Assembly: GCF_018350175.1 (NCBI RefSeq)
Contig: NC_058368.1
Location: 97,094,001-97,158,000 of the forward strand
From: Felis catus
Lineage: Eukaryota
DNA: 64,000 bases
Direction: 5' to 3'
The notes under the pieces are model-generated. The model searched no databases and was not told the origin of the DNA. It worked only from the letters and a program-made list of their open reading frames with translations. The position numbers were made by a program, and so were the translations under genes. Positions 13,097-24,752 of the stretch are shown piece by piece. The number at the start of each line of letters is the position of its first letter. The stretch's first letter is position 1.

Positions 13097-13737
13097 TGCT
13101 CCCCTGTTTCTAATATCCCTAAAGCTATCCCTGGGTGCATCATCACCCAGGAGCTGAGTGGGTGACAAGACAGCTGAGCAGCCAGAGCGAGGGAATTTCA
13201 CCCAGATCACATCCCACTGAAGCACGACACTTACACTTTTGCAGTGTATGGTCAGCACAGCTCAGATTTAATTAAAGCACTCAATCGCACCATTACCATT
13301 TTTGGTGACAGCTCAGGTATAAATATATTAAGCACAATTCTTTCCAGGCACTGCTTGTAGGCAGTCTCTTTAAATGCCCTTTTGTCTTCTCTACCCTATT
13401 TCCAAAGCCCTGAACTTTTAGCTTATAAATGATTAGTACCTATACACTTCCCCCTTCAATTCCTAAGTTAAATTACCATCTTTAGCCTTTTTTTGGAATC
13501 CTCAGGAGTAATAAGTCTCTTCCATTGGACCATAATTCCTGCCTTTTAACCTTAATCAAAACCGCATTGACATCCCAACCTCCTTCCTCATTGCTGACTT
13601 CTCTTTATCTCCTCTCACACTGGCCTGGATGTAAATTTTCTCTCTTCCTACAGATGCTGGACATTGCCTTGTATCTCTTCCATACCATGCTCTGGGATTC
13701 TCTCATTTCTCCATTTACTATTGGAATCCTTTTCTCT

Positions 13738-14165
13738 CATTTATTCACTCATTCATCCAACATCTATTTACTGAGAACCAACAAAGTGCCAGGAACTGTT
13801 CAAGGGCTGGAGGTACGTTGGTGAACAAAACAGATTAAGATCCCTGCCTTTTCAGAGCTTACATTCTAGAAAGTGGAAGCAAAGAAATTAAAAAATGAAC
13901 ATCCAGCTTAAATGTTACTAGACTGTGGTCAGTACCTTAGAAAAAAGAGACAAGTAGGCCAGGGCAAGGTGAACAGGAGTATGGTGAAGGTAACCTCCTG
14001 GAGGAAACTTGAACTTGGCAAGAGAGTTAGCTAAGTAGACATCTTGAAGAAGTACATTCAAGAGGAAAAGGCAGCCAGCTCAACCAAAGGCTCTTGGGCT
14101 GAAGGGCACTTGACCTTGTCTGGAACATTCAGTGAGTGATGACTGGCCTGTGTGGCCAGAACAGG
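13738..14165 (-). mobile_element. L2 3' end
   Basis: ttcactcattcatccaacatctatttactgag...gtgccagg...gagcttacattctag. Confidence 0.85.
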
Positions 14166-14959
14166 GGAAGAGCAGACCCCTCTGGAACATCACCCAGTCT
14201 TCTCTACTTGCTGACGGACAGTGTCTCCCACTCAAAATAGAATCATATCCCTTTTAAACATGATAATATGCATCTGTGTGTGGGTAGTTCCTAGACCTTT
14301 AAAAAAAATAAGTGGCTGCCCAGGTCAATTTTAAAAATCTTGACACACATTACTTTGTATGACCTCCTCTAGATGGGGGCTATCTTCCTAAACTTCTATC
14401 ACTCATATTTCTGGGGACATGCAATTATCCTCGCTCTGAATAAACAGACTGTATGTCCCATAGGATACACTAGGAAAAGGCAGACACTGAGTGGTCCACA
14501 GCAGAGGGAGAAATGTGTGAAGAAAATGAGTTAGCTACCAGGCAAGAGAGATGAGAACAGGGCAATGGTTCTCCCACTGAAATGATTCAGTCTTCTCTAT
14601 CCCATCTTGGCACTCCTAACAAATTTGTATGGGTCCAGGAACATGGGAAAGATGCATGCATCTTGTAGAAGACAGTGTCAGGGCAAAGAAATGCATAAAT
14701 AAGACTGCTTTTTTAAAAAAATATATTCACGCATTAAACAAATACTTGTCCTGCGGTGACAGAGATGAGCAAAAACATGGCCCTGAACCTAAGCTGCTCA
14801 CCGTCTGCTTAGGTTGTTAAGCCAACACATAAACAGAATATAAATTAATAAATCCTCTCAGTTTTAAAGGCAGGAGTTCTAAATCAGGGTGTTCTTCAGA
14901 TTTCACCTCTGGAGGTGTTTTTTAACATGTACCTGGCAGCCCATCCAGGCACCTCTAAG

Positions 14960-15131
14960 CCCATGTTTTTTAACCTTCACTACTGCACATCAGAATCACC
15001 TGAAGAGTTTTTAAGAGAAGACTGTGTCTGAGTCCAGAAATTCTGATTTAATTGTTCTGGGATGTAGCCTGGGCACAAGAATTTTTAAGCTCCCCGTGAG
15101 ATTCTAGTGTTCAGTCAAGGTTGAAAACCTC
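14960..15131. mobile_element. MER5-type hAT-Charlie MITE
   Basis: tgcacatcagaatcacctg...ttctgatttaattgttctggg...caaggttgaaaacctct. Confidence 0.8.
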
Positions 15132-15598
15132 TATGGTAGACAGAATAATTGTCCCAAGATGACCAGGTTTTAATTCCCAAAACCTATGAATACGTTACCT
15201 TAACTGGCAAAGGGGCTTTGCAAATATGATTATGTTAAGGATCTTGAGATGAGACTACCTGGACACCCAGGTGGGCCCAGTGTAACCACCAGGATCCTTG
15301 TAAGATGTAGGTGGGACATTCAGAGTCAGTAGTAAGAGACGTGGTAATAGGAGGAAGAGGATGGAGTGAAGGAAGGATCAGGAGCCAAGGAGCGGAGGTG
15401 GCCTGTCAAGGCTGAAAAAGCATTCAAAAGCAAGGAAATACATTCTCTCTAGAACCTCCAGTAGGAACAGAGCTCTGCTGACACTGACACCTTATTTTTA
15501 GACTTTTGACCTTCACAACTATAGAAGAATAAGTTTATGTTGTTTTAAACCATTAAGTTTATGTTGATTTGTTACAGCAGCAATGGGCAATGAATATA
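15132..15598 (+). mobile_element. MLT1C/D-type MaLR solo LTR
   Basis: tatggtagacagaataattgtccc...gttaaggatcttgagatg...ctagaacctccag...tttgttacagcagcaatgg. Confidence 0.85.
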
Positions 15599-15767
15599 TC
15601 GCTGCTTTTGCCAGTAGGTCTGGAATGGAACCCAGGTATTGGAAATCTGCATGCATGTGCATGTGTGTGTGCATTTTAAGTTCACCAGGTAAAAAAAAAA
15701 AAAAAATGTATGCTCCCAGTTGCAAACTACCAAGGGAAAAAAATAAATTTCCAATTTCCTTCGTAAG

Positions 15768-15965
15768 CACGGATGTGCCAGTAAAAGACCAGCTCTCCAA
15801 GCCCATAGTGAGAAGGGAGCATGGGAGGATGGAGAGTATAAATACTGTGCTATAAATACTCCCATCATGGCCAAGTTTCAAGCTTAACAGCTAGCTAGCA
15901 TAATTCCTAAGAATTAAATGAAGGTCTCTCCAGAATTGGTACAGACTGGCTCCAACACAGCACTG
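15768..15965. mobile_element. MER63-like hAT-Blackjack MITE
   Basis: taaatactcccatcatggccaagtttcaagct...actggctccaacacagcactg. Confidence 0.7.
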
Positions 15966-15998
15966 GTAGGGCACTGGGGAAAACATAGGGCAGTTCTT

Positions 15999-16426
15999 TT
16001 ATTTTTTAAATAATTAATTAATTTTTAATTGTATTTAAATCCAAGTTAGTTAACATACAGTGTTATAATGACTTCAGGGGTAAAATTTAGTGACTGATCA
16101 CTTACATAAAATACCCAGTGCTCATCCCAACAAGTGCCCTCCTTACTTCCTATCACCCATTTAGCTCACCTCCCCACCCAAATCCCCTCCAGCAACCCTG
16201 TTTGTTCTCTGTATTTAAGCATTTCTTACAGTTTGCTTCCCTCCATGTTTTTATCTTATGTGTTCCTTTCCCTCTCCTGTTTTGTTTCTTAAATTCCACA
16301 TATGAGTGAAATCATATGATAGTTCTCTTTTCTGACTGACTTATTTCTCTTAGCATGATACATGCTAGTTCCATCACGTTGCAAATGGCAAGATTTCATT
16401 CGTTTTGATCACCAAGTAATATTCCA
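15999..16426 (-). mobile_element. Carnivore L1 3' end
   Basis: aagttagttaacatacag...ttaaattccacatatgagtgaaatcatatg; possible TSD gcag(t/a)tctt. Confidence 0.9.
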
Positions 16427-16539
16427 GCAGATCTTAAGGCCTATTTGATCTGAGCCTGTCTGAGGCCCAAGTAAAAGGAATCCTAGATCACTGGAATTTA
16501 CTGGAATTTGAGTCCAAAACTCACCTAATAATGTGTTAC

Positions 16540-16932
16540 TTTCACTCATTCAACAAGTATTTTTTTAGCTCGCATTCTTCTGGGAACTGTTTTAGGCACT
16601 GAGGACATGACATTTAACAACATATCCATTTTTCCCTCAAACATGCAATACAAATTTGTCAAGACCTACTCTGTACCAAGCACTATTCTAAGCCCTGGAT
16701 ATATACTATTAAATTTTTTTTTAATCCACCTCATGGATGGGGCACCTAGGTTAAGCGTGTGACCCTTGATTTCAGCTCAAGTCATGATCCCACGGTCATA
16801 AGATTGAGCCCCATGTTGGGCTCCATGCTGGGCATGGAACATGCTTGGGATTCTGTCTCTGTCTCCCTCTTCCCCTTTCCCACTTGTGTGCACATGTTCT
16901 CTCAAGAAAGACAAAGAAAGAGAAAGAAGGAA

Positions 16933-16992
<60 letters not shown>

Positions 16993-17520
16993 AGAGAGAA
17001 AGAAAGAGAGAGAGAGAGAACGAAGGAGAGAAAAAGAAAGAGAAAGAAAGGAAGGAAGGGAGGAAGAAAGAAAAAAAGAGAGAGAGAGAAAGAAAGAAAA
17101 GAAAGAAAGGCAAAGAAAGGTCCACCTCATGGAGTTTGGTTTTAGGAGATAAAGGCACTTTGGAAACAAAAAAGTAAAATCTAGGAACATCAGATGGCTT
17201 ATAGCTAAGGGGGAAAAAATGCAGTAGGAAAAAGACATAGGAAGTGGTGGAGGAAAGCAAAGATTTTACTAGAGCATGGAAGGCCTTCTGAAGCAGTACC
17301 ATCGGAAAAATGAGAAAGGCAGCATGGAAGTGAAACATCTAAGTAAAAAGCATCACATTTAGAGGAAGCAGCATATACAAAGGTCATGAGATACAAGTGT
17401 ATGTGGAAAATTCCATTTTGGGGCCAAATGCTCAAGGAAAAAATAAATGTAAGCAGACCCGAAATCTATGTACAGTAAAGTAGAACTTAAGAAAGCATGT
17501 GGAAAAAGGCTTCTTAATTA
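16540..17520 (-). mobile_element. L2 fragments (interrupted by a SINE)
   Basis: cactcattcaacaagtattt...; gaggaagcagcatatacaaaggtcatgag. Confidence 0.6.
16738..17120 (+). mobile_element. Can-SINE with tail expanded to a (GAAA)n/purine tract, 13-bp TSD
   Basis: TSD tccacctcatgga at 16725-16737 and 17121-17133. Confidence 0.9.
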
Positions 17521-19555
17521 AGATTTCAGGGGAGGAGCCAAGGGCGGAACAGCATGGAAGTTATTTGTGTGTCTCACATCCATGAAATACAGCCAGACCA
17601 ACACTAAACCATCCTGCACACCTAGGAAACTGATTGGAGGATTAACACAACAATCTGCACAACCTGAACCACAGAATTCAGCAGGTATGCGGCACATAGA
17701 CATGAATATGGGGAGGGAGAAGCTGTGGAGGGTAGGGAACTGCTTCTGCAGGCAGAGAGAGGACAGAGACTGGGGAGGGAGGGAGAATACAGGAAAAGCA
17801 CCCCTCCCCAAAAGCAGCTGGAGAGAAAGTGGAAAATTGGAAACAGCCACAGGGACTAAACTAAAAAGGGAGAAAGGAGAAAGGAGAAAAGAGAACGGAG
17901 AAAGGAGAAAGGAGAAAGGAGAGGGTTTAAATTACATTAAGACTCTAAACAAGGGGAGCACAAAGGCTGCAAATCCACAGCTCGATACCTGGTGGTGCTC
18001 TGGTGGGAAGGGCAAATCCCCAAGAGCAGAGTGGGGTCCAGGAGGTTTTCGGGCCACATGGGGAAAAGCGGTTCCACTGCTGGAAGGGCATTTGGTAGAG
18101 ACTGTTGAAGCCACCTGGTCCCGGCAGACCCCAGAAAACAGCCACACTCGCTGGTGCTGGAACAAGGTCGTTAAGGGTGAAGCCTGGTGCCAGATGTGTG
18201 TTGTGATTTTCCATAATCCCTGAAACGCTGCTGCTACACTATCTCGCAAACTTTTTCTGGGGCAGGCAGGCACCTGGCCGCAGTCTCGGGGCACCGGCAG
18301 CAGCAGGGTCCAGCAAGTGTTCCTGGGTGCAGCCAACATTCAGCCATTTTTCGGCCATTGCTTGGTGAGACCCTCCAGCAGAGGGGCGGAACAGGTCAAA
18401 GCCACAGTCCTTCAGAAGTAAGGGGCCAGGGAAAACAGCCGCATCTGAGACAAAACTCGGAAGAGAGGTACTGCCTGGGGCCTGGTCACAGACAGTGAAA
18501 AAGCAGGGAGTGGACAAAAGTTGAAGACAGAGGGTGGGTACGCGATTGCTGATCAGGGAGAAGAGACTTCCGATACTAGAGACCGGGTAGCTCGGTGGCG
18601 CCATTTTCACTGCTCCCGCGCATGTGCATACACACCTACGAGCACCACAATACTCTACCCCAGTAGGCTAGCAGCGCCATCTAATGGAAAACGGAGCCAT
18701 TACACTGAGCCCGCCCAACTCGGCCAACCTCGTTCTTCAAGAACACAAGTCTCACTTCCAACTTGGTTTATGGACTATAAAGTGCTTCACAGTCTAACTT
18801 CTAGGGGAAAACAAAGTAATTTCAGTCCTATTTCAATCTGTTAGGTCCATCTATTCAATTTTCTTTCCTTTTTTCTTTTTCACTTCTTTTCTTTTTCTTT
18901 AATACAGAAAAGAAAGAGAAAAAATTCATTTTTATTTTCAATTTTTATTAAAAATATTTTCTTTAATTTTTTTACTATATTTTTTACTTTTGTGTAAATT
19001 TTTCTACTTTCAATCTGTTAAAATATTTTTCTTTATTTTTTACTATATTTTTTGCTTTTATGTAAATTTTTTTAAATTCTATTTTACTTCTATCATTTTA
19101 TTTTAGTCTACTACAGTGTATTCACTTTTTCAAATTTTCAAACGATTTCCTTTTTTCTCTTTTTACTCTTTTTCGTTTCTTTTCTTTTTCTTGAATACAG
19201 AAAAAGAAAAAATTCATTTTTATTTTTAATTTTTATTAAAACTATTTTTTTTCTACGATATTCTTTACTTCTGTGTAAATTTTTTCAAATTCTATTTTAC
19301 TCCCATCACCTCATTTTAGTCTACTTCACTGTATTCACTTTTCCAAATTTTCAAACGATTTTTCTTCCCCCCTCCCCCACCTTTTTTTCTCTAATGTGTC
19401 AAGCCACTTTCAACACCCAGACCAAAACACACCTAGGATTTAGCATCATTTGATCGGTATTTTTGTGTGTGTGTGTTTTTAAATTTAATATTTTTTAATT
19501 TTATGTTTTTTAATTTTAATTTTTCTACCTCATTAATTCCTTTTCTCCCTTCAAA

Positions 19556-20444
19556 ATGACAAAATGAAGGAATTCACCCTGAAAGAAAGAGCACGAAGAA
19601 ACCACAGACAGGGATTTAACCAACACAGATACAAGCAAGATGTCTGAACCAGAATTTAGAATCATGGTAATAAGAATACTAGCTGGAGTCGAAAATAGAT
19701 TAGAATCCCTTTCTGCAGAGATAAAAAAAAAAAAAAAAAGTAAAAACTAGTCAGGATGAAATAAAAAATGTTATAACTGAGCTGCAATCATGGATGGATG
19801 CCATGGCAGCAAAGATGGGTGAGGCAGAACAGAGAATCAGCGATATAGAGGACAAACTTATAGAGAATAATGAAGCAGAAAAAAAGAGGGAGATTAAGGC
19901 AAAAGAGCATGATTTAAGAATTAGAGAAATCAGTGACTCATTAAAAAGGGACAACATCAGAATCATAGGGGTCCCAGAAGAGAAAGAGAGAAAAATAGGG
20001 GTAGAAGGTTTACGTGAGCAAACCATAGCAGAAAACTTTCCTAACCTGAGGAAAGACACACATCAAAATCCAGGAAACACAGAGGACCCCCATTAGATTC
20101 AACAAAAACCGACCATCATCAAGGCATATCATAGTCAAATTCACAAAATACTCAGGCAACTAGAGAATCATGAAAGCAGCAAGGGAAAAAAGTCCCTAAC
20201 CTACAAGGGAAGACAGATCAGGTTTGCAGCAGACTTATCCACAGAAACTTGGCAGGCCAGAAAGGAGTGGCAGGATATATTCAGTGTGCTGAATAAGAAA
20301 AATGTGCAGCCAAGAATTCTTTATCCAGCAAGGCTGTCACTCAAAATAGAAGGAGAGATAAAAAGTTTCCCAGACAAACAAAAATTTAAGGAGTTTGTGA
20401 CCACTAAACCAGCCCTGCAAGAAATTTTAAGGGGGACTCTCTGA
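19556..20444 (+). pseudogene. L1 ORF1p, disrupted (stop at codon 4, poly-A expansion, frameshifts)
   Basis: EAEQRISDIEDK...NIRIIGVPEE...IAENFPNL; ends ccagccctgcaagaaattttaagggggactctctga. Confidence 0.92.
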
Positions 20445-20458
20445 GGGGAGAAAAGATG

Positions 20459-20655
20459 AATATATATATATATGTGTGTGTGTATATATATATATACACA
20501 TATACATATATACATACATACATATATATACATATGTATATATACATACATACATATATATACATATGTATATATACATACATATATACATATGTATACA
20601 CGTGTATATACATATATATATATAAATATAAATATATATACATGTATATATATAT
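20459..20655. repeat. (TA)n/(TACA)n microsatellite in the L1 inter-ORF spacer
   Basis: Direct. Confidence 0.95.
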
Positions 20656-20722
20656 CAAAAGCAACAAAGATTAGAAAGGACCAGAGAACATCACCAGAAA
20701 CTCCAACTCTACAAGCATCATA

Positions 20723-20953
20723 ATGGCAATAAATTCATATCTTTCAGTACTCACTCTAAATGTCAATGGACTAAATGCTCCAATCAAAGACATAGGGTAA
20801 CAGAATAGATAAGAAAACAAGATCCATCTATATGCTATTTACAAGAGACCCACTTGATACCTAAAGACATCTTCAGATTAAAAATAAGGGGATGGAGAAC
20901 CATCTATCATGCTAATGGTCAACAAAAGGAAGCTGGAATAGCCATACTTATAT
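20723..20953 (+). pseudogene. L1 ORF2 endonuclease N-terminal fragment
   Basis: MAINSYLSVLTLNVNGLNAPIK, then ...YLQETHL...HANGQQKEAGIAILI after a frameshift. Confidence 0.9.
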
Positions 20954-21115
20954 AGTCAATGATACTGTAATTGTGATATAATGCAACAGATGGTAGCTAT
21001 ACTCATGGTGAACACAGAATAACACATAAACTTGTCAAATCACTAAGTTGTACACCTGAAATTAATGTAATATTGTGTATCAACTATATTCAAGCTTAAA
21101 AAAATAAATAATAAA
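20951..21115 (+). mobile_element. L1 3' UTR end with A-rich tail
   Basis: atagtcaatgatactgtaat...gttgtacacctgaaattaatgtaatattgtgtatcaactat + A tail. Confidence 0.9.
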
Positions 21116-21212
21116 TAGATTTCTTGTAGACAACATGTAGTTGACATAGTTTTTTTTCCCTAATCCACTTTTCCTCTGTATTTTAATTGGTATATTTTGA
21201 CCACTTACATTT

Positions 21213-21433
21213 TTTTTTTATTTTTTTTTTCAACGTTTATTTATTTTTGGGACAGAGAGAGACAGAGCATGAACAGGGGAGGGGCAGAGAGAGAGGGAGA
21301 CACAGAATTGGAAACAGGCTCCAGGCTCTGAGCCATCAGCCCAGAGCCTGACACGGGGCTCGAACTCACGGACTGCGAGATCGTGACCTGGCTGAAGTCA
21401 GACGCTTAACCGACTGTGCCACCCAGGCGCCCC
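21213..21433 (-). mobile_element. Can-SINE with 15-bp TSD
   Basis: TSD tgaccacttacattt at 21198-21212 and 21434-21448. Confidence 0.97.
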
Positions 21434-21465
21434 TGACCACTTACATTTAAAATGACCACCAATCT

Positions 21466-21730
21466 GGGGCGTCTGGGTGGCTCAGTTGGTTAAGTGTCCA
21501 ACTTTGGCTCAGGTCATCATCTCACAGTTCATGAGTTTGAGCCCCGCATCAGGCTCTGGGCTGACAGCATGGAGCCTGGAGCCTACTTCCAATTCTGTGT
21601 CTCCCTCTCTCTCTGCCCTTCCCCCACTCAAGGTCTGTCTGTCTCTCTCCCTCCCTCTCTCTCTCTCTCTCAAAAATAAACATTAAAAATTAAAATACAT
21701 ACATACATACATACATACATACATACATAC
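21466..21730 (+). mobile_element. Can-SINE with (TACA)n tail and 17-bp TSD
   Basis: TSD ttaaaatgac(c/t)accaat at 21447-21463 and 21731-21747. Confidence 0.97.
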
Positions 21731-22207
21731 TTAAAATGACTACCAATAAAGTTAGGTTAATGTCTACCATGTTTGTACCCATTTTCTATTCACTGCATTT
21801 ATTCTTTCCTTTCCCCATCCCTTACCTTTTTCATCCTCATCTGGTTTTAATTGAGCATTCATATGATTCCATTTGATTTCCTCTTTCAGCGTATGAATTA
21901 TATTTCTTTTTTAAATCTTTCAGTAATTGTCATAGAGTTTGCAACATGCCTTTTTAACTAAGTCCATCTTCAAATGACACTATACTACTTCACAGGTAGT
22001 ACATAAACTTGTATTTGAATATTCCACTTTCTCCCTTCTATTCCTGTGACACAGCGGTCATTCATTTCACTTAGCCTTGTTATAATCACCCAATGATTAT
22101 TATCACCACTTTCAAGAAAACACTATGTTTTAAATAAAATATTTTATTTTATTTTCATTTATTCCTTCTCCAATATATTTCCTTTCTTTGTGAAGATCCA
22201 AGTTTCT

Positions 22208-22406
22208 TTTTCTTTTTTTTTTTTTTTTTTTTTTTTTTGAGAAAGAGAGCAGGAGCAGGGGAAGGACAGAGAGAGAGGAACAGAGAACACTCTGCACTGT
22301 CAGAGCAAAGTCTGACGCAGGGATGGATTTCACGAACCGTGAGATTATGACCTGAGCTGAAATCAAAAGTTGGACGCTTAACCAACTGGGTTATCCAGGA
22401 ACCTCG
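22208..22406 (-). mobile_element. Can-SINE
   Basis: TSD caagtttct at 22199-22207 and 22407-22415. Confidence 0.93.
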
Positions 22407-22681
22407 CAAGTTTCTGGCCTTTATCATTTTTCTTCTCCCAGAAGAACATCTTTTAACATTCTTTTATGAGGCAGGTCTGCTGGAAATGAACTCCCTCGGT
22501 TTCTGTATGTCTGAGAAAATCTATTTTTTTAAGTTTGAAGGATAATTTAGCTGGATGTAGAATTCTGGGTTAGTTGGAATTTTTCTCTCAACAGTTAAAA
22601 TATTTCATTTTGTTCTCCTCTTGTTTTCATGGTTTCTTATCCTTGCTCCTCTACGTAAAAAAATTTTGGTGGTGGGGGTTA

Positions 22682-22792
22682 ATTTCTTTATTTTATTTCC
22701 AGTATAGTTAACATACAGTGTTATTTTAGTTTCAGGTGTACAATATAGTGATTCAACAATTCTATACATTACTCAGTGCTCACCATGATACA
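22682..22792 (-). mobile_element. Short L1 3' end fragment
   Basis: ccagtatagttaacatacagtgttattttagtttcaggtgtacaatatagtgattcaac. Confidence 0.85.
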
Positions 22793-24314
22793 TGTACTCT
22801 TGTTTTTTGTTTTTTGTTTTTTTTTTAATCTGGTCAAAAATATTCTGTTTTGGGTTTTCTGTAATTTTTATATCATATATTATGATGTAGGAAGGTTTTT
22901 TGGTTTTTTGTTTTTGTTTCTTTGCTACATATTCTGCTTAGTGTTTTCTGAGCTTCCTGGATCTATGATTTGATATTTGTCATTAATTTAGGAAGACCAC
23001 AACCATTACTGCTTCAAATATATCTTTCCTTTTTCTCCTTCTGTTATTCCAGTTACACACATAACACCATTTGAAATTGTCCCACAGTTCCTGGATGTTC
23101 TATTGTGATATTTTTCACTTTTCTTTTTGCATGTCAATTTGAGAAGTTTCTATTTTCTACCTTCAAGCTCACTGATTCCTTCCTTGGCCATGTTGAGTCC
23201 ACTGATGAACTCATCAAAGGCACTTTTCATTTCTGTTTTGATTTCTAGTATTTCTTTTTGATACTAAGTATCTCTATTCTTAAAATTTTTATTTTAAATT
23301 CTCCATTTGACAATTCCAACACTGTATGTCATATCTGTATCCGGTTCTGAGGATAGCTTTGTCTCTTTAGACTTTTTCTTTCTTACCTTTTGTCATGCAT
23401 TGCAATGTTCTGTTGAAAGTTTCACATGTATCAGGTAATAGGAACTGAGGTATGTGGCCCTTCAGTGTGAGTATTTATGTTAATCTGACTGATGCAATTA
23501 TAGGTGCCAGAGCTTCATATTCTTCCAGTGTCCTTGTTTATATCTCCCTTCCCTCCCCCAATCTTTGCTTCACTGAGTATTCTCCTCCCCATAAACAGTC
23601 TGGGTCTTGAAGCTCTTTCAACTATACCCAACTGTTATACTGGGTCCCTACTGGTGTGGTGATAAAGTATGGAGAGAAGCAGTGTTCCGTAATCATCCAA
23701 TTAAACTTCGCTAGTCTTCTGGTTGGTCCATATGCAGGCTGTGATCTTCACAGTGCTTCTTCAGAGATAGATTCCTTTTCCCCCTGGCCCTGTCAACTGT
23801 GTCCACCACTACCAACACCCCACCCTTACATGAAATAGGTAGGCTGGAGGGAGCTGGGGTGAGGAATGCCCTGACCTCAGCTGGGACATGGTAGGCCTTT
23901 CCCCCTGGAGAGTGTCCTTTGGTTATACAGAGGGCTCCAGACAGAGACATACAAAAAGATCTTTTTCATATCTTTACCGTAAGAACCAAATGTGGTTCCT
24001 GGAGGTAAAGCACATCAAGTGTGGTCCCCAGATGTTTCTTACTTTCAAACAGTCCACACTCAGTATCTAACAATTCATCAAAATTACCATTTCAGTGTTC
24101 CTTCTAGTCTATGGCTCCAGCAGCTTCTGCTTGAGGGAAATAGATATTAGCCATGATTCTCTGGATGTACCTTTCTCTTCAGATTTCATACTGGTGGGTT
24201 GTCTGGAGACCTCAGTTCTCTGACGGGTCCCAAAAAAGTCACTGGTTTTCAGTGTGTCTGGCTTTTTCTTGTTGTAAGATTGAAAGTCATGACTAAGTTT
24301 GTTTGGGTTTTTTT

Positions 24315-24528
24315 TTTTTTTTTTACATTTTATTTATTTTGAGAGAGAGAGAGAGACAGAGCACAAGTTGGGGAGGGGCCGAGAGAGAGGGAGACACAGA
24401 AACCGAAGCAGGCTCCAGGCTCCGAGCTGTCAGCACAGAGCCCGATGCGGGGCTTGAACCCACGAACCGTGAGATCATGACCTGAGCCGAAGTCAGTTGC
24501 TTAGCTGACTGAGCCACCCAGGCGCCCC
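24315..24528 (-). mobile_element. Can-SINE inserted in the tail of the adjacent SINE
   Basis: TSD tgtttgggttttttt at 24300-24314 and 24529-24543. Confidence 0.96.
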
Positions 24529-24543
24529 TGTTTGGGTTTTTTT

Positions 24544-24752
24544 AATGTTTTATTTTATTTTTGAGACAGAGAGAGAGGCAGAGCATGAACGGGGGAGGGG
24601 CAGAGAGAGAAGGAGACACAGAATCTGAAGCAGGCTCCAGGCTCCGAGCTGTCAGCACAGAGCCCAACGTGGGGCTCAAACTCACAGACCGTGAGATCAC
24701 AACCTGAGCCGAAGCTGGATGCTCAGTTGGTTACTGAGCAACCCAGGTGCCC
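24544..24752 (-). mobile_element. Can-SINE
   Basis: SINE body; outer TSD ctaagttt at 24293-24300 and 24753-24760. Confidence 0.96.

Larger units (their letters stand above)
17529..20953 (+). mobile_element. Carnivore L1 5' portion (5'UTR, ORF1, start of ORF2)
   Basis: Start ggggaggagccaag..gcgg; GC-richer 5'UTR; ORF1p and endonuclease N-terminal homology. Confidence 0.95.

Noticed and set aside
16759..17338. Several 100-180 aa K/E/R- or F/L/S-rich ORFs
   Set aside because: Translations of the (GAAA)n tract and SINE.
17567..18223. Longest ORF (218 aa) and overlapping antisense ORFs
   Set aside because: They lie in the GC-richer L1 5'UTR, the long one starts at GTG, and I recognise no protein homology.
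20321..20723. Y/I/T-rich ORFs
   Set aside because: Artefacts of the (TA)n microsatellite.
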